Shown: piece after piece, positions 40,760-50,708 of the stretch
How positions within the stretch are numbered: the stretch's first letter is position 1
How the letters are laid out: each line of letters starts with the position of its first letter
NCBI GenBank assembly: GCA_965228895.1
Contig: OZ245842.1
Span: forward strand, 3,136,001 to 3,200,000
Direction: 5' to 3'
DNA from: Alphaproteobacteria bacterium
GTDB lineage: Bacteria; Pseudomonadota; Alphaproteobacteria; SP197
DNA length: 64,000 bases
Translations under genes and position numbers: made by a program
The notes under the pieces: generated by a model
What the model saw: the letters and a program-made list of their open reading frames with translations, nothing else
Database searches by the model: none
What the model was told of the DNA's origin: nothing

Positions 40760-41602
40760 ATGATCAAACGCGTGCTGGTCGGCGTCTGCCAATCGCCGGC
40801 CCAGAACGACATGGCAGCCCTGGCCGTCGACATCGCGAAACGCGCCGAGGCTGGCGTTACCGGCCTTGCGGTGGTCGATGCCGACCGCATCGCGCCGGTG
40901 TCGCCGGCAGTGACCGGCGTCTATTCCTCGCAAATCAAGCAGCGGGAAAACGAGCTGGCGGCGGCGCGCGATCAGGCGACCGTGCATATGGCGCCGCTGC
41001 GCAAGGCCGTCGAAGCGGAAGGCTTGCCCTTCAACGAACTAAGACTGGAAGGCGATAGCAGCGATGTCCTGCAGGACGCCTGGCGTTTTCAGGATATCTT
41101 CATCATGGCCAACCGTCCGTGGCCGCCGGGCGAGCGCACCGCCATGCAGGTGACCGCGGTGCTGCGGCTGATCGCCAGCGGCGTCAGGCCCGTCATTGCC
41201 GTTCCGCCGGGCGCGGCGGCATCGCCCCAGACGGTCATGGTCGCGATGTCCGGTTCGCTGGAATGCGCGAAGTCGATGAAGAACCTTCTGCAGATGAACA
41301 TCTGGCCCGATGCCGCCTTGCACCTTGTGACCTCGGCACCAGTCAAGACGGGCGAGCCGGCCGAGCAGCTCCTGGAGCACGCCGCAGAGTTCGCCCAGGC
41401 GTTTGGCCGCAAGACGTCGACCACGGTCATCGAGCGGCCCGCCGACCGCACCGGCGCCCTTATCGCCGCGGCGGCCGATGCGGGCGCGGAGGCGCTCGTC
41501 ATCGGCTCCAGCTACAAACGCTTTCTGGCCGTGCAGCGTTTCGGCAGCCACGCCCAGGAACTGCTACAGCGCTTCCCCGGCGCGGTGTTCGTGTCGCATT
41601 AG
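40760..41602 (+). CDS. Universal stress protein (tandem USP domains)
   Basis: MIKRVLVG; C-terminal ALVIGSS...FGSHAQELL....V.VSH. Confidence 0.8.
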   Translation: MIKRVLVGVCQSPAQNDMAALAVDIAKRAEAGVTGLAVVDADRIAPVSPAVTGVYSSQIKQRENELAAARDQATVHMAPLRKAVEAEGLPFNELRLEGDSSDVLQDAWRFQDIFIMANRPWPPGERTAMQVTAVLRLIASGVRPVIAVPPGAAASPQTVMVAMSGSLECAKSMKNLLQMNIWPDAALHLVTSAPVKTGEPAEQLLEHAAEFAQAFGRKTSTTVIERPADRTGALIAAAADAGAEALVIGSSYKRFLAVQRFGSHAQELLQRFPGAVFVSH

Positions 41603-42808
41603 GGTCGGTATAGGTGAGAGGATGGAACACCGCTAGCTGTCGGTGATATCGAACATTGGATGGCTGTGTAGACAGCAGAAAATGGCGATGAATGAGCAAC
41701 GAAATCTTCTCTAAGAGCCACAACTCTCTTGAGTGATGACGTGTTCAGCAACGCGATTGCGGTCAACATCTAGAAAGACCTCTCGAATCGTCGCTCCTTC
41801 ATTCAGCAACAACACAGCCGGTGGATAAGAGCAAACATAGACTTCGACCAGCGTTTGAAAGAGTACGTCTTGAATCAGCTCTTCAAGATCGGCGCCATAG
41901 GCGGCGGAATCGATGACGTAGGTGCGGGTCAGCAAATTGCCGCTGGCCTGCATATGAAGCAACGTTGTCTCCTCATCGACGTAAACAGGTTGTGGCGCTT
42001 GGCGCGCGATGATACGCAACACTCTCGACAGGCTATTTGTCCGCAGGAGCGACTCTAGCTCGGCAACGACTGCCGCCGGATCGTCCGACGGCAGGAGTAT
42101 CGGCTGCTCGTCAAGCCTGTCGCTGACAAAGACTGACAGCACCGCCGCTGCGATTAGCACGGCGCAGCCTGTTGCAATGCCGGGTCCACCCATCTGCGGC
42201 AGCGGTGTGTTCGAATGGCCTGACGAAATGCTGTTCGTTGACGGCTTAAAGAACAGAACAAGATTTAGAATCGGGAGGACGGCAAGGGCGGCGTAAGCCT
42301 CGTCAGCAACACAGTCGAGCGACCGTGCCTTTGCGATACGGTAACAACTCCACCCGATCAGAATCATCCAACCGGCGTTAGCGGCGACAAGCACCCACAG
42401 GTACCCGCCAGACCGTGCTTCCAGAACGAAAATCCAAATGGCTTGGCTTGCGGCAACAGCAAAGATCAACAGCGCTGTATATCCAAAGTACGGGCCACGA
42501 CGCATCACGCGAAGTCGATGCCTCACGAAAGCAGCGACGATCGCGCCGAATAGGAACAGGCCGTAACTGATCGCCCAACGTCCGGCGTCCGACATTGTGA
42601 CGAAGTCGTAGGCTATATCTTCTATGAATTGCATTTCGTTATATGATCAACATCTAATAGTTGTGTCAACGCCAGTGCGACTTCATTGCTATGGCTGTCA
42701 TCATCGGTGCGCGTTGAGACGGGTGATGCGGACAGCAACCTCTAGGCAAGAACACGTCCAGGAAACGCTGCAACGCCTCCCCGGCGCGGCGTTTGTGTCG
42801 CACTAGGG
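41549..42808 (+). repeat. 56-bp imperfect direct repeat (usp 3' end) flanking a single-gene insert
   Basis: 41549-41604 vs 42753-42808, 47/56 identical by manual alignment, both ending in TAG-gg. Confidence 0.85.
41711..42634 (-). CDS. Hypothetical membrane protein (N-terminal TM bundle, soluble C-terminus)
   Basis: Long ORF in a visibly lower-GC segment; about 5 TM segments. Confidence 0.7.
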   Translation of the reverse strand: MQFIEDIAYDFVTMSDAGRWAISYGLFLFGAIVAAFVRHRLRVMRRGPYFGYTALLIFAVAASQAIWIFVLEARSGGYLWVLVAANAGWMILIGWSCYRIAKARSLDCVADEAYAALAVLPILNLVLFFKPSTNSISSGHSNTPLPQMGGPGIATGCAVLIAAAVLSVFVSDRLDEQPILLPSDDPAAVVAELESLLRTNSLSRVLRIIARQAPQPVYVDEETTLLHMQASGNLLTRTYVIDSAAYGADLEELIQDVLFQTLVEVYVCSYPPAVLLLNEGATIREVFLDVDRNRVAEHVITQESCGS

Positions 42809-42868
42809 AACCCGCCACACTTATCGCGCGCCGGCTCAAGGCCGGGATGCGACGATGTCTTGGATGCG

Positions 42869-43555
42869 CTAGCCGGTGCGCGTCAGCCGGGCCTTGACGG
42901 CGTCGCTGGTGAGTTCGCGGCCGGCGTCGCGGCCGATCCAGCGGGCGGTCTTGTCATCCATGGCGACGAGTTCCTCGGCGAGCGCTAGCGCCGCCGCATT
43001 AAGCGGCGGATTGCGCTTACCGATCTGGCGCAGGGCCCAATTGACGGCTTTCTTGACGAAGTTGCGTTCGTCGGTTGCCGCGCGGCGGATGAGCGGCAGG
43101 TAGGCGGCGAACGTCTTGTCGGGCGCCTTCTTGTCGTGCACGGCGAGTGTCGCGATGAGGGCGAAACCGGCGCGGCGCACAAAGGTCTCCTTGCGCCGGC
43201 ACCACGATTTTGCTTTCGCGTGAGCGAACGGGGTCTTGCGGAGCAGACCCATGCAGAGCTGATCGCAGACATCCCAGGAATCGACGTCGACGACCCAGCG
43301 CTCGGCCTGCTCCTCCGTCACCTGTTTGGGGTCGTCGACGAGGACGCCGAGGATGCGTGCTTCGTGGATGCCGCTTTGCCAGAGCGCCTCGGCCAAGTCA
43401 TGGTCACGGCCGAGCTCCCTAGCGATCTTGCGTAGATCGGCGACCGAGATGCCGAGCGTGCCGTCGGGGTTGATGCCGAAGCGCGCCATGCCGGCGACGT
43501 TCTCGGCATTCCTCATCGCCTTCAGGCGATCAAGGACGGCCCCAACATCGCTCAC
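42869..43555 (-). CDS. DNA alkylation repair protein (AlkD-like HEAT repeat)
   Basis: GMARFGI, DSWDVCD, DERNFVKKAVNWALRQIGKR. Confidence 0.88.
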   Translation of the reverse strand: MSDVGAVLDRLKAMRNAENVAGMARFGINPDGTLGISVADLRKIARELGRDHDLAEALWQSGIHEARILGVLVDDPKQVTEEQAERWVVDVDSWDVCDQLCMGLLRKTPFAHAKAKSWCRRKETFVRRAGFALIATLAVHDKKAPDKTFAAYLPLIRRAATDERNFVKKAVNWALRQIGKRNPPLNAAALALAEELVAMDDKTARWIGRDAGRELTSDAVKARLTRTG

Positions 43556-43567
43556 GACGAAGGCTGG

Positions 43568-44464
43568 TCAGTCGCGCCAGATCGGGTTGGACCAGGCGCG
43601 CTTGCCGGTCTTGTCGGCGACCGTGACGCGGAACCAGCTGTCCTTGAGACGCTTCAGCGGCAAGACCGCCTGCTGCATGTCGTCGCCCATCACCATGGCC
43701 GACTTCGAGCCGCGGCCCTGCAGCGAGACGGTCGCCGCCGGCGAGCAGCGCACGGTGACCGCGCCGTTATCGACGTCGATGCCGTGGATCTCCGGCCCCT
43801 GGCTTGAATAGTAGCGCCCGGCCTTCAGGGATTCCGTCAGCGCGTCGGGGTCGAGTTCCTCGGCATGCACCATGACCCAGCCGCCCAGCCAATCGTGGGT
43901 CAGCATGTGGGCGTCGTCGGTCGCATAACCGCTGAGCCGCCAGCCCTCGTTCAAGAGCTGATCGAGAAACGGCCAATCGTTGCCGCGGTCGACCTCGACG
44001 GCACTGCCGTGGTTATAGATCTCGATCGCGTGGGCGTTCGGGATCTTGCGCGCGTCGTTGTGGGTCAGCCCGTACCAGGAGGGATGGACAATGCCGACGA
44101 AGGCGCCGGCCTGATAGGCGCGCTCGGCCAGCTCCGGGCCGGTCTCGTCCGGCTTGTTCGGCTCGAAATCAAGCGGCAGGCCGATGCCGTGGACATGCCA
44201 GATTTCGTCGACCTCGGTGCGCGGGGCGTGCAGCTCCGCCGCAATGATCGTCGTGAAGTCCTTGGTGCGGCAATCGCGGGTATCGGAGACCGGATAGTCG
44301 TAGCACTCCATAAAGTGGTCGGAGAGCGCCAGGAAGTCATAGCCGGCATCGCGGTACGCCGCGCACACCCGTTCCGGCGCGTGATCACCGTCGGAATTGG
44401 TCGAATGGGTGTGAAGATTGCCCTTGTAGAACCGGCCCGGCCGGTCGAATGGCAGATTGAGCAT
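43568..44464 (-). CDS. PHP domain (CehA/McbA-like) metallohydrolase
   Basis: KGNLHTHSTNSDG, DFLALSDH, TDDAH, AWSNPIW. Confidence 0.85.
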   Translation of the reverse strand: MLNLPFDRPGRFYKGNLHTHSTNSDGDHAPERVCAAYRDAGYDFLALSDHFMECYDYPVSDTRDCRTKDFTTIIAAELHAPRTEVDEIWHVHGIGLPLDFEPNKPDETGPELAERAYQAGAFVGIVHPSWYGLTHNDARKIPNAHAIEIYNHGSAVEVDRGNDWPFLDQLLNEGWRLSGYATDDAHMLTHDWLGGWVMVHAEELDPDALTESLKAGRYYSSQGPEIHGIDVDNGAVTVRCSPAATVSLQGRGSKSAMVMGDDMQQAVLPLKRLKDSWFRVTVADKTGKRAWSNPIWRD

Positions 44465-44648
44465 GGTCGGCAGAATCCCCGCTGAAGCCGATGGTCGCCG
44501 CTGCGATATGGCAGCATGTTGTGACAATTCCAACCATGGCAACACAAAATATTGGCAATCGCGGGGCAGATGGCCGGCGGCAACACGCGATCTGTCCGAC
44601 TGGACGCGGGTCGGCTAGACTTCCGGCAAGAAAACGAGGGGAGGATCA

Positions 44649-44972
44649 ATGCCGCATTTCTCGATTTTGTCTGCCGCCTTTTTGACCATCATCGCCATCA
44701 TCGCCATCGGCCAACCGGTCATGGCCGACGATCCCGTCGCCGGCGAGGTGCTGTCAGAAGTCTGGTGTTCGTCGTGCCACGCCATCCGTCCCGACGAGGC
44801 GACCAGCGACGCGGCGCCGTCGTTCGACACCATCGTCAACGTCTACGAACGAAGCCCCGATTTTCTATGGGGATGGCTGGCGAACCCGCACGGCGCCATG
44901 CCCAACCCCAACCTCTCCCGCGGCGAGATCGACGACATCGTCAGCTACATGGAAACCTTGCGCGAGTCCTGA
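44649..44972 (+). CDS. Monoheme cytochrome c
   Basis: Signal peptide, CSSCH, HGAMP axial Met. Confidence 0.88.
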   Translation: MPHFSILSAAFLTIIAIIAIGQPVMADDPVAGEVLSEVWCSSCHAIRPDEATSDAAPSFDTIVNVYERSPDFLWGWLANPHGAMPNPNLSRGEIDDIVSYMETLRES

Positions 44973-44990
44973 ACGCAGGCGCACCGGTCC

Positions 44991-45248
44991 ATGAGCCATC
45001 GCAATGACATCCCCGCGACACTGCACCAGCACGGCAACCGCTTCGTCGACAACGATGCCGTCGCCATGGGCGCGATGATCCTTTAAGCCGGTGACCGCAT
45101 CGGCCCGATGATGGCGCTCAGCGACATCAATCCCGACGCCTTCGCGCGCGGCCAAACGCAAGCCGCTCGTGCGATCAGCGCGGCGTTTCGGGCAGGCCTC
45201 GCGACGCCGTGGATGGGCCGGTTCTACCTCGACCGCCAGCGGCTTTGA
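44991..45248 (+). pseudogene. Possible decayed CDS with an internal TAA
   Basis: Coding-like frame MSHRNDIPAT...MIL*AGDRIG...RQRL*, stop at 45084-45086. Confidence 0.3.
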
Positions 45249-45535
45249 CCCGCCATTTGAGTCCGAAATGGCAGATGGCGGCCGGCCCGTGACCTGCTCA
45301 AAGGTGGCATGTCACACATACTCCCTCTTGATTATCGACAAGCGGGCCCTGGCGGAGAACCATAAGGGCAAGATTTCGGCCGGCTGCCGGCGGGTTTCAC
45401 AACCGTCTCGCGCCGCGTCATACGGACCGAAACAGAGCGCGTAAACGTGAACAAGAATTGCAACTGGGCACGGTGGCAACACCATCTCGTGCACCCAAAT
45501 GCATGCGATACAGGCTTGGATTGCGGAGGAAAAAC

Positions 45536-46462
45536 ATGGCGTTAAGCCGGCGAGATCTACTCGCATCGGCTGGCGGAGCAACGTTGGGGACGGCGCTGCA
45601 TGGGCGTTTGGCATGGGCCGGCGGTGACGGCCCCCTGACGCGCGTTATCCCTAGCTCTGGCCAGGAACTGCCGGTTATCGGCATGGGTAGCTGGATCACC
45701 TTCAATGTCGGGGAAGACGAGGCCTTGCGCGACGATCGCACCCAGGTGCTGCAGCGCTTCTTCGACCTGGGCGGTGCGATGGTCGACTCATCGCCCATGT
45801 ACGGCACCGCGCAGGAAGTGATCGGCTATTGTCTGGATCGCACCGAAAACAACGAAAACCTGTTCTCCGCCACCAAGGTCTGGACGCTGCTGCAATCCGA
45901 CGGGCCGGCCCAATTGGCCGAAGCGCGCAAGCTTTGGGGTGTCCAGAACTTCGATTTGGTCCAGATCCACAACCTCGTCAACTGGGAGGGCCACATGGAG
46001 ACCCTGCTGGAGGACCGGGCCAAAGGCGACCTCACGTATATCGGTATCACCACATCGCATGGGCGCCGCCACGAGGAGTTCGAGGAGATCGTCGAGAGCC
46101 AGCCGATCGACTTCATCCAACTGACCTACAACATCATGAACCGGCAGGCCGAGCAGCGGCTGTTGCCGATGGCCGCCGAGCATGGCGTGGCCGTGGTCGC
46201 CAACCGTCCGTTCCAGGGCGGCGCGTTGTTCGACATGTTCGGCGATCATCCGCTGCCCGAGTGGGCGGGCGAGTTCGGCGCAGAGAACTGGTCGCAGTTC
46301 TTCTTGAAGTTCATCGTTTCGCACCCCGCGATCACCTGCGCCATCCCCGCGACCTCGCAGCTGGACCATATGGACGAAAACATGGGCGCGCTTTATGGCG
46401 TTCTGCCGGACGCGGCAACGCGCCAGCGGATGATCGACTATGTGGAGAGCCTCTCGATCTAG
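45536..46462 (+). CDS. Tat-exported aldo/keto reductase
   Basis: LSRRDLL signal; LPVIGMG, DSSPMYG, ATKV, QIHN, IPAT. Confidence 0.88.
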   Translation: MALSRRDLLASAGGATLGTALHGRLAWAGGDGPLTRVIPSSGQELPVIGMGSWITFNVGEDEALRDDRTQVLQRFFDLGGAMVDSSPMYGTAQEVIGYCLDRTENNENLFSATKVWTLLQSDGPAQLAEARKLWGVQNFDLVQIHNLVNWEGHMETLLEDRAKGDLTYIGITTSHGRRHEEFEEIVESQPIDFIQLTYNIMNRQAEQRLLPMAAEHGVAVVANRPFQGGALFDMFGDHPLPEWAGEFGAENWSQFFLKFIVSHPAITCAIPATSQLDHMDENMGALYGVLPDAATRQRMIDYVESLSI

Positions 46463-46597
46463 AGCGGATCGTGAACAGGTGGAACCGTGGAGCGGCTTCA
46501 CCTGTTCACGTGAATCCGCTCTCTATCTATGAGTAGAGCAGATTCGCCCGTCTTGACGGCATCGCAGAGCGATACCATCAAACGGGATCTGCTCTAG
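46459..46597. repeat. CTAG-bounded double-hairpin element (CIR/RIME-like)
   Basis: Ends CTAGAGCGGATC / GATCTGCTCTAG; two long internal hairpins at about 46461-46522 and 46534-46596. Confidence 0.75.
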
Positions 46598-46603
46598 CGT
46601 CCT

Positions 46604-47245
46604 ATGCTGCCGTTCGACGCCGACGTCCTGACCTCGCTGTACGAGCAGGTCAACCGGGCGGTATGGCCGGCGCAGCTTGCCGTCTTTGTTCTGGCTGCCG
46701 TCTTGGTGGCCCTACCCTTCAAGCCGTTTGCGCTGGCTGGCCGATTGGCCGGTCTTGTTCTGGCCGGCGGATGGCTCGTCTGCGGCGCCGTCTTCCAGCT
46801 CGGCTACTTCGCACCGCTTAACTTCGCGGCACCGGTCTATGGCTGGTGTTTCATCGCCCAGGCCCTGTTGTTGCTGTGGACTCTGGTCTTGCGCAACAAG
46901 GTCCGGTTCGTTTGGGACGGCGGTTTCTACAGCTGGGCAGGTCTGGTCCTGGCGGTGGTGGCGCTGCTTCTGGCACCCTTGGGCAGCGTGCTGTTCGGCG
47001 CCGGGTGGGCAGCGGCCGAGCTACCGGGCCTGATGCCCGATCCGACCGCCCTTTTCACCCTCTCGCTTCTCCTGCTGGCACGCGCTCGCGCGCCGTGGCA
47101 CCTGATCGTGCTGCCGTTCCTTTGGTGTCTGGTCGCCGGCGCCACCGGATGGATCCTGGACGCCCCCTCCCTGATGATTCTGCCAGCCGCCGGCGTTCTG
47201 GCCACGCTGCTCCTGATCGCCAAGAACCGGCGGGTTGTCGCCTGA
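46604..47245 (+). CDS. DUF6064-like membrane protein
   Basis: MLPF......LY...N.AVWPAQ; NFAA..YG..F..QA; PDPTALFT. Confidence 0.75.
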   Translation: MLPFDADVLTSLYEQVNRAVWPAQLAVFVLAAVLVALPFKPFALAGRLAGLVLAGGWLVCGAVFQLGYFAPLNFAAPVYGWCFIAQALLLLWTLVLRNKVRFVWDGGFYSWAGLVLAVVALLLAPLGSVLFGAGWAAAELPGLMPDPTALFTLSLLLLARARAPWHLIVLPFLWCLVAGATGWILDAPSLMILPAAGVLATLLLIAKNRRVVA

Positions 47246-48697
47246 TCAGCCGTTGGCGATGTGGACCGGCGGGCGGCGATTGCGCCACGGCGCTGCTACT
47301 TCCAGCGCGCCAGCCAATCGCAGGAGAACATCTTCGGCGCCGAAGCGCGCGACAAAATGCACGCCGACCGGAAGACCGTCCGCCGTCCAGTGGAGCGGCA
47401 GGCTGATCGCCGGTTGGCCCGTCAGGTTGATCAGCGGCGTATAGCAAAAATAGCTGTAAAGGCGATCCATGATCGCCTGGGTGTCCTCGCCCGCGTGATT
47501 CAGGTCGACCGTGCCCAAGGGCGCCGGCGGGCGCGCGATGGTCGGCGTCATCAGAAGATCGTAGGTGTCAAAAAATCCCGCCATCTGTCGGGTGATCGTG
47601 TTGACCTGGTCGAAGGCCAGAATGAGATCGGTGGCGGTCATGCCGAGGCCGCGCTCGTACATCGCGAGCACGTTGGGCTCGACCGTCGTGTCGTCGATCG
47701 CCCGCCCGGTTTCCGCCGCCACCGCGCCCAGCATGGCTGGTTTGGCCGAGCACCAGAGATCGGTGAAGGTCTGGAAGTAGCTCTCGAAGCTGATCGCCGG
47801 GCTCGCCTCTTCGACCTTGTTGCCCATGCTTTCAAGCAGCGCCGCTGTCTTGTGCACCGCCTCGACCACCTGGGGATCGGGCGCGTAGGGCCCCCACGCT
47901 TCCGTCGACATGCCGATCCTGAGCGTCCTTGTCGGCGCACCGACTTCTTGGACATAGGGGCGGTAAGGCGGTGCGATCTCGAACGCCTCGCCCGGCGCCG
48001 GTCCGTGCAGTGCGTCGAGCAGGGCCGCCGTATCGCGGACGCTGCGCGTCATGCCGAGTTCGATGGCGAGTGGCGAGACCAGCGTCGAACCGCCGGGCGC
48101 CTTGGTCACACGCCCGCGCGACGGCTTGAGCCCGACCAGGCCGCAGGCGCTGGCCGGGATGCGCAGGGAGCCGCCGCCATCGCCGCCGCTGGCCATCGGC
48201 ACGACGCCGGCCGCGATGATGGCCGAGGAGCCGCCGCTGGAACCGCCCGAACTGTGGCCAGTGTTCCACGGGCTGCACGTCGCCCCGGTCAGGATGGATT
48301 CGGTTGTGCCGGTGGCGCCAAACTCCGGCGTCGTGGTGCGCCCCATCGGCACCAGTCCGGCGGCGCGAACGCGGCGCATGGTTTCCGTATCCTCGCGCGC
48401 GACAAAACCGGCGGCGAGCCGGCTGCCGGATTCACGGTTGCGACCGGCCTCCGCGCAGCCGAGATCCTTGATGAAATAGGGCACGCCGCGAAACGGTCCG
48501 TCGGGCAGCGCGTCGGCCTCGATGCCGTCGCGCCGGTCCTCGAAGATCTCGATGACGGCGTTGAGCTCAGGATTGACCGCCTCGGCACCGGCGACCGCGA
48601 GCCGCTGCAGTTCACCCGCCGTGACCTCGCCATCACACACCAGCCGCGCCAGATCGGTCGCGTCAAACGACGCGTACTCCTCAAGGTTCACAACCAC
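47246..48697 (-). CDS. Amidase (amidase signature family)
   Basis: GVPYFIKD, GGSSGGS, DGGGSLRIPASACGLVGLKPSRG. Confidence 0.92.
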   Translation of the reverse strand: MVVNLEEYASFDATDLARLVCDGEVTAGELQRLAVAGAEAVNPELNAVIEIFEDRRDGIEADALPDGPFRGVPYFIKDLGCAEAGRNRESGSRLAAGFVAREDTETMRRVRAAGLVPMGRTTTPEFGATGTTESILTGATCSPWNTGHSSGGSSGGSSAIIAAGVVPMASGGDGGGSLRIPASACGLVGLKPSRGRVTKAPGGSTLVSPLAIELGMTRSVRDTAALLDALHGPAPGEAFEIAPPYRPYVQEVGAPTRTLRIGMSTEAWGPYAPDPQVVEAVHKTAALLESMGNKVEEASPAISFESYFQTFTDLWCSAKPAMLGAVAAETGRAIDDTTVEPNVLAMYERGLGMTATDLILAFDQVNTITRQMAGFFDTYDLLMTPTIARPPAPLGTVDLNHAGEDTQAIMDRLYSYFCYTPLINLTGQPAISLPLHWTADGLPVGVHFVARFGAEDVLLRLAGALEVAAPWRNRRPPVHIANG

Positions 48698-48750
48698 ACT
48701 CCCCGTTGCTCGCGGTCAGGCTAGCACGGGTCAGGATTCGCGGAAGCCGC

Positions 48751-49428
48751 TTATACGTGCCAATGCGGCGGATAGGCGTCGTCGTAGCCCGGCAGTTCGG
48801 CTGTGCGTGTGCGCCATGCATCGATGTTGGGGTAACGCTCCGCCAAGGTGTCGAAGCCGAGATCGAGGTGGCGCAGGGTGTCGCGCGCGGCGATGCGCAG
48901 AAAGAACTCGAGATAGGTATGGGCGACGATATCGGCGGCGCTAACGATTTCGCCGGCGAGCCAGGGGCGATTGCCGAGCACGGTTTCGAAACGGGTGAAC
49001 TCCGCGTGCAGATCACCGGCGGCGGCGCGCATGTCGTCGGCATGATCGTCGACCGTGCATGCGAAGGCCGGGTTGATGATGCGGTTGGCGTTGGGTTCGA
49101 TGTGATAGACGGTGGCGAAGATCCAACGCCAGATCTCGCCGGTCGCCGTCGGATCGGCGCCGAACAGCGGCGGGTCTGGGAAGCGGGCGTCGAGATAGGT
49201 CATGATCGCGATGGATTCGGTGAGCGTGACGTCGCCGTCGCGCAGCACCGGCACCTCGCCGCGATCGTTGAGCGCCAGATAGGCCGGCGCCTTGTGCTCC
49301 TTTTGGGAGAACTGAAGCTGGTGCGAGGTGAACGGGATATCCTTCAGCGCGGCGGTCAAAAGGACGCGCCAGGCAAAGGGGCTGCCGCTGCCCCAGTAGA
49401 TCTCGATGCCGGGCGCGCCCGGTGTCAT
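48751..49428 (-). CDS. Glutathione S-transferase
   Basis: SPFAWRV, N.RGEVPVL, LTESIAI, SAAD. Confidence 0.88.
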   Translation of the reverse strand: MTPGAPGIEIYWGSGSPFAWRVLLTAALKDIPFTSHQLQFSQKEHKAPAYLALNDRGEVPVLRDGDVTLTESIAIMTYLDARFPDPPLFGADPTATGEIWRWIFATVYHIEPNANRIINPAFACTVDDHADDMRAAAGDLHAEFTRFETVLGNRPWLAGEIVSAADIVAHTYLEFFLRIAARDTLRHLDLGFDTLAERYPNIDAWRTRTAELPGYDDAYPPHWHV

Positions 49429-49452
49429 GACATCACCCTGCTGCTGACCGGC

Positions 49453-49869
49453 TCAGGCGAGGATCGGATGATCGGGTTCGACCGGAACGGTCTTCCAGTG
49501 TTCGCTCTCGCCGTGGGTGACATAGGTCTCCCATACCAGCCCAGCCGGATCGACGATGCTGGTCTTGTCGGAAATGGCATAGCAGCAGTGAACGCAGCCT
49601 TCCACGTCGGCCGAGTCCTCATTGTCCTGCAGGCGTCGGTCGAGCGCCGCGAACGCGTCCTTGGTATCGGCCTGAATGCCGACGTGATCGAGACCGGTGC
49701 GGTCGGGGCTGGTGTTGAGGCTGACCGCGAAGTTGATGCGCGGGTCGTCCAGCAGCCACTTGGCGTAGCCGTCCTTGACGGCGGTCGGCGGCGCATCGAA
49801 CAGATTGCCGTAGAAACGGATAGCTTCGTCCATGTCGGGAACCGAGACATGCATGTGAAGTCGGTACAT
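49453..49869 (-). CDS. arsI: ArsI/CadI family VOC metalloenzyme
   Basis: RLHMHVSV, YAKWLLDDPRINFAVS, LDHVGIQ, CCYA.SDK, DP.G..WE. Confidence 0.8.
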   Translation of the reverse strand: MYRLHMHVSVPDMDEAIRFYGNLFDAPPTAVKDGYAKWLLDDPRINFAVSLNTSPDRTGLDHVGIQADTKDAFAALDRRLQDNEDSADVEGCVHCCYAISDKTSIVDPAGLVWETYVTHGESEHWKTVPVEPDHPILA

Positions 49870-49883
49870 GGGTGTTGCTCCTC

Positions 49884-50237
49884 TCAGCGGACGCGAGCGG
49901 ACTCGCGGCGCTTGGCTGATTTGCGGCGCGGTGCGGTGCGCAGCGGGCCTTCGTGAACCCGGCAGCAGTCTTCGGTCAGGAAGCGCAGCAGTCTGTCGGT
50001 CCCGTCGTGGTTGATCGCGTACATGATCTGGCGCTGCTCGCGCCACGACCGCAGCAGATTGGCGCGTTCGAGCTGGGCCAAATGACGCGACATGGTTGAC
50101 GGATTGGCACCGAGCTTCGCGGCAATCTCGCCGGACGGCAGGCCGTGGGGTTCGTGTTCGACCAACAGGCGATAGGCCGCAAGGCGGGTCTCCTGCCCCA
50201 GGGCCAGCAAGGCGTCGATGACGTTTTCTGATTTCAT
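49884..50237 (-). CDS. arsR: ArsR regulator with C-terminal vicinal Cys pair
   Basis: ALGQETRLAAYRLLV, HLAQLERA, FLTEDCC; palindrome ttgcac-N4-gtgcaa at 50240-50255. Confidence 0.85.
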   Translation of the reverse strand: MKSENVIDALLALGQETRLAAYRLLVEHEPHGLPSGEIAAKLGANPSTMSRHLAQLERANLLRSWREQRQIMYAINHDGTDRLLRFLTEDCCRVHEGPLRTAPRRKSAKRRESARVR

Positions 50238-50348
50238 ATTTGCACTATCGTGCAATTATACAGTTGCGTCAAACACAATGTCTTTTCGCGACCTCACCAC
50301 ATGGTCAGGCAACGACGTCAACGGATCAGCCGTCAGATCTGTCTGCTG

Positions 50349-50708
50349 TCAGTTCGGGAACACGTTGATAAAGAGGAGCGGCTCGCCATCGAAACGTTTG
50401 TCGTCGTACTGACGCAGAACCAGAGCGAACCGGCCGGGGCGCGACGCATCGACGATCATTTCTGCGGGTTCTAACGGTCCGACCTGCAGGCCTATATCGA
50501 AGTTCTCCAGCAAAATGACGGCACTGCGATCCGTCCTCACCCGGATCACGATCATACTGCCGACGGTCGTGTCATAGCCTACCTGCCCGCCTTCGGCCCG
50601 GCCCTGCTCGATCGTCAGGTCGATCTGGAAATTGTCAGCCCAGGCCCCGTGTGCATGCGCCACAAACACGGCAACGCTGGCCAGGATGAGAACAGTGAAA
50701 CGCAACAT
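50349..50708 (-). CDS. Exported hypothetical protein (possible cupredoxin-like beta fold)
   Basis: Signal peptide; alternating beta pattern, PGRF motif; no obvious Cu ligands. Confidence 0.55.
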   Translation of the reverse strand: MLRFTVLILASVAVFVAHAHGAWADNFQIDLTIEQGRAEGGQVGYDTTVGSMIVIRVRTDRSAVILLENFDIGLQVGPLEPAEMIVDASRPGRFALVLRQYDDKRFDGEPLLFINVFPN

